This document shows positions 62,532 through 64,000 of a DNA stretch of 64,000 bases, piece by piece. This stretch comes from an uncultured Prevotella sp. Its GTDB lineage: Bacteria; Bacteroidota; Bacteroidia; Bacteroidales; Bacteroidaceae. The number at the start of each line of letters is the position of its first letter. The stretch's first letter is position 1. The stretch spans positions 20,283-84,282 of the forward strand of contig CAMVQS010000002.1 of NCBI GenBank assembly GCA_947169685.1, written 5' to 3'. A program made the position numbers and the translations under genes. The notes under the pieces are model-generated. The model saw only the letters and a list, made by a program, of their open reading frames with translations. It did no database searches and was not told the origin of the DNA.

Positions 62532-63766
62532 ACATTAAAATCCATCTCGGCACTCACCAGATAGGCGGATGTGTCACAGAATACGAGTATGACGGCTGGC
62601 GGTTGTTCGTCGATTATGGCGAAGAGCTGCCTGGTGGTCCTAAATCTGGAGATTTGCAGATCGAGGGCTTGACTCATGGTGACATCTCAAAGAGTGCATT
62701 GCTGATTACCCACTATCATGGTGATCACATCGGCAGCATCACGAAATTGCTCAAGGAGCTCCTCATATATATAGGCAAAGTGGGGCGTGAGATTCTGCTG
62801 GTGCTGTCTGACCACCTTAAATCAGTAGATGGTATTCATCAGGAAATGGTAGAACGTTTGCATCATGCCAATACATTCGAAGCAGGAAAGCTGTTCTCAT
62901 ATGGACCGTTCAGCATTATGCCCATAACGGTTGACCACTCTGCCTTTGATGCATACGCCTTTAAAATCGAGGCTGGCGGAGTAAGTGCTTTCCATACAGG
63001 TGACTTCCGTACACATGGCTTCAGGAGCAAGAAACTGCCAGAGGTTATCCATAAGTATGTGGGAGAGGTGGACTATGTGGTTTGTGAAGGAACCAACGTC
63101 GCTCGTCCCGATGCTACGAATCAAACAGAACGGGAATTACAACAGCAATTTGAGGAGCAGTTCAAGGCAAACAAAGGTAATGTGGTTTACCTTTCCTCTA
63201 CCAATATCGACAGGCTGTTTTCTCTTTATCATGCTGCTCTGCGTGCAAAGCGTGTGTTCCTGGTTGACGCCTATCAGAAGAAAATCATGGATATTGTCAC
63301 ACAGAAGGATTCTCTATGGGGCAAATCAGAACTCTACCAATATGGGGAATATGAACCTAAGGTATTAAAATACGATAAAGGCGAGTTTTTAGTCACAGAT
63401 GAGTTTAAGGATTTTCTTGATAAATTAGGCTATGTCCTCGTTGCTCGTGCCACTCCGCGTTTTGGCAACCTTGTGGAGCGTATTCCTGGAGAGAAGCAAC
63501 AGTATCTGTCAATGTGGGAAGGGTATGTCAAAGAAGGCGCGGAAGCCTATAACAAGGATCTTGCCAATTCATTGGGCGAAGACTTCAAATATATGCACAC
63601 CAGTGGTCACTCAGACATGAATAGTATGCGTGAGGTATTCCGTCTGCTTCATCCAAAGGCACTCATCCCCATACATACGGATGCACCAGAAAAGTTCGCA
63701 GAACTGTTCTCTGCAGAGTGGTCTGTTATATTACTGAATGATGGTGAGAGTGTTTCCACTCTTTAA
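62528..63766 (+). CDS. MBL-fold beta-CASP (RNase J-like) hydrolase
   Basis: QIGGC, VDYG, THYHGDH, DHS, TGDFR, CEGT, HTSGH, IPIH; ATGA overlap with the upstream gene. Confidence 0.88.
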   Translation: MNIKIHLGTHQIGGCVTEYEYDGWRLFVDYGEELPGGPKSGDLQIEGLTHGDISKSALLITHYHGDHIGSITKLLKELLIYIGKVGREILLVLSDHLKSVDGIHQEMVERLHHANTFEAGKLFSYGPFSIMPITVDHSAFDAYAFKIEAGGVSAFHTGDFRTHGFRSKKLPEVIHKYVGEVDYVVCEGTNVARPDATNQTERELQQQFEEQFKANKGNVVYLSSTNIDRLFSLYHAALRAKRVFLVDAYQKKIMDIVTQKDSLWGKSELYQYGEYEPKVLKYDKGEFLVTDEFKDFLDKLGYVLVARATPRFGNLVERIPGEKQQYLSMWEGYVKEGAEAYNKDLANSLGEDFKYMHTSGHSDMNSMREVFRLLHPKALIPIHTDAPEKFAELFSAEWSVILLNDGESVSTL

Positions 63767-64000
63767 GCGGATATTTATATGCAATTGTCATGAAAATCTT
63801 GCATCTCTCAGACACTCATGGCTTGCATCATCACATCGAAGACATGCCTCGGGGAATGTTCAGGTCTGGCAGGCGTTCGGCCTCCAACTTAACTATAGGA
63901 CATGCGGCCTCCTGCTTGTTCTGAGCCGACACCACAGTCTGGACTGACAGGGCTCCTATATATATAATAATGTGTAGGAGTCGGCTCATATCGTCTTTAT

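Noticed and set aside
63738-63947. 69-aa ORF after the MBL gene
   Set aside because: Overlaps the MBL gene end, has atypical composition and no motifs

Overview
Bacteroidales (Prevotella-like) chromosomal segment, judged from TAnnTTTG promoters, Prevotella-type T9SS C-terminal signals and gene content. About 58 CDS. Most are housekeeping (udk, trmB, ilvE, xseAB, rfbB, purT, uvrA, nth, rnz, mazG, valS, glyA), alongside T9SS cargo proteins, two orphan TPR sensor kinases, GH2/GH31 glycosidases and a dTDP-aminosugar cluster. No rRNA, tRNA, CRISPR array, transposase or integrase was seen. Most notable: (1) two ~50-aa KKxYxxP...GSP micropeptide ORFs missed by the ORF track, each directly behind a T9SS cargo gene; (2) a coupled PD-(D/E)XK-like nuclease + RNase J-like beta-CASP gene pair next to higBA, bracketed by an inverted GTGTCGGCTCA motif (candidate defence system); (3) a nuclease / TonB receptor / OB-fold lipoprotein locus linked to uridine kinase (candidate extracellular DNA/RNA utilisation locus); (4) 22-bp-period tandem arrays, one behind an HU-wHTH gene; (5) heptamer micro-arrays and a short in-frame insert inside coding sequences, an RNase Z apparently lacking its exosite, and a sigma54-like hsp20 promoter. 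All calls come from reading motifs by eye and from memory of families; no database search was run.
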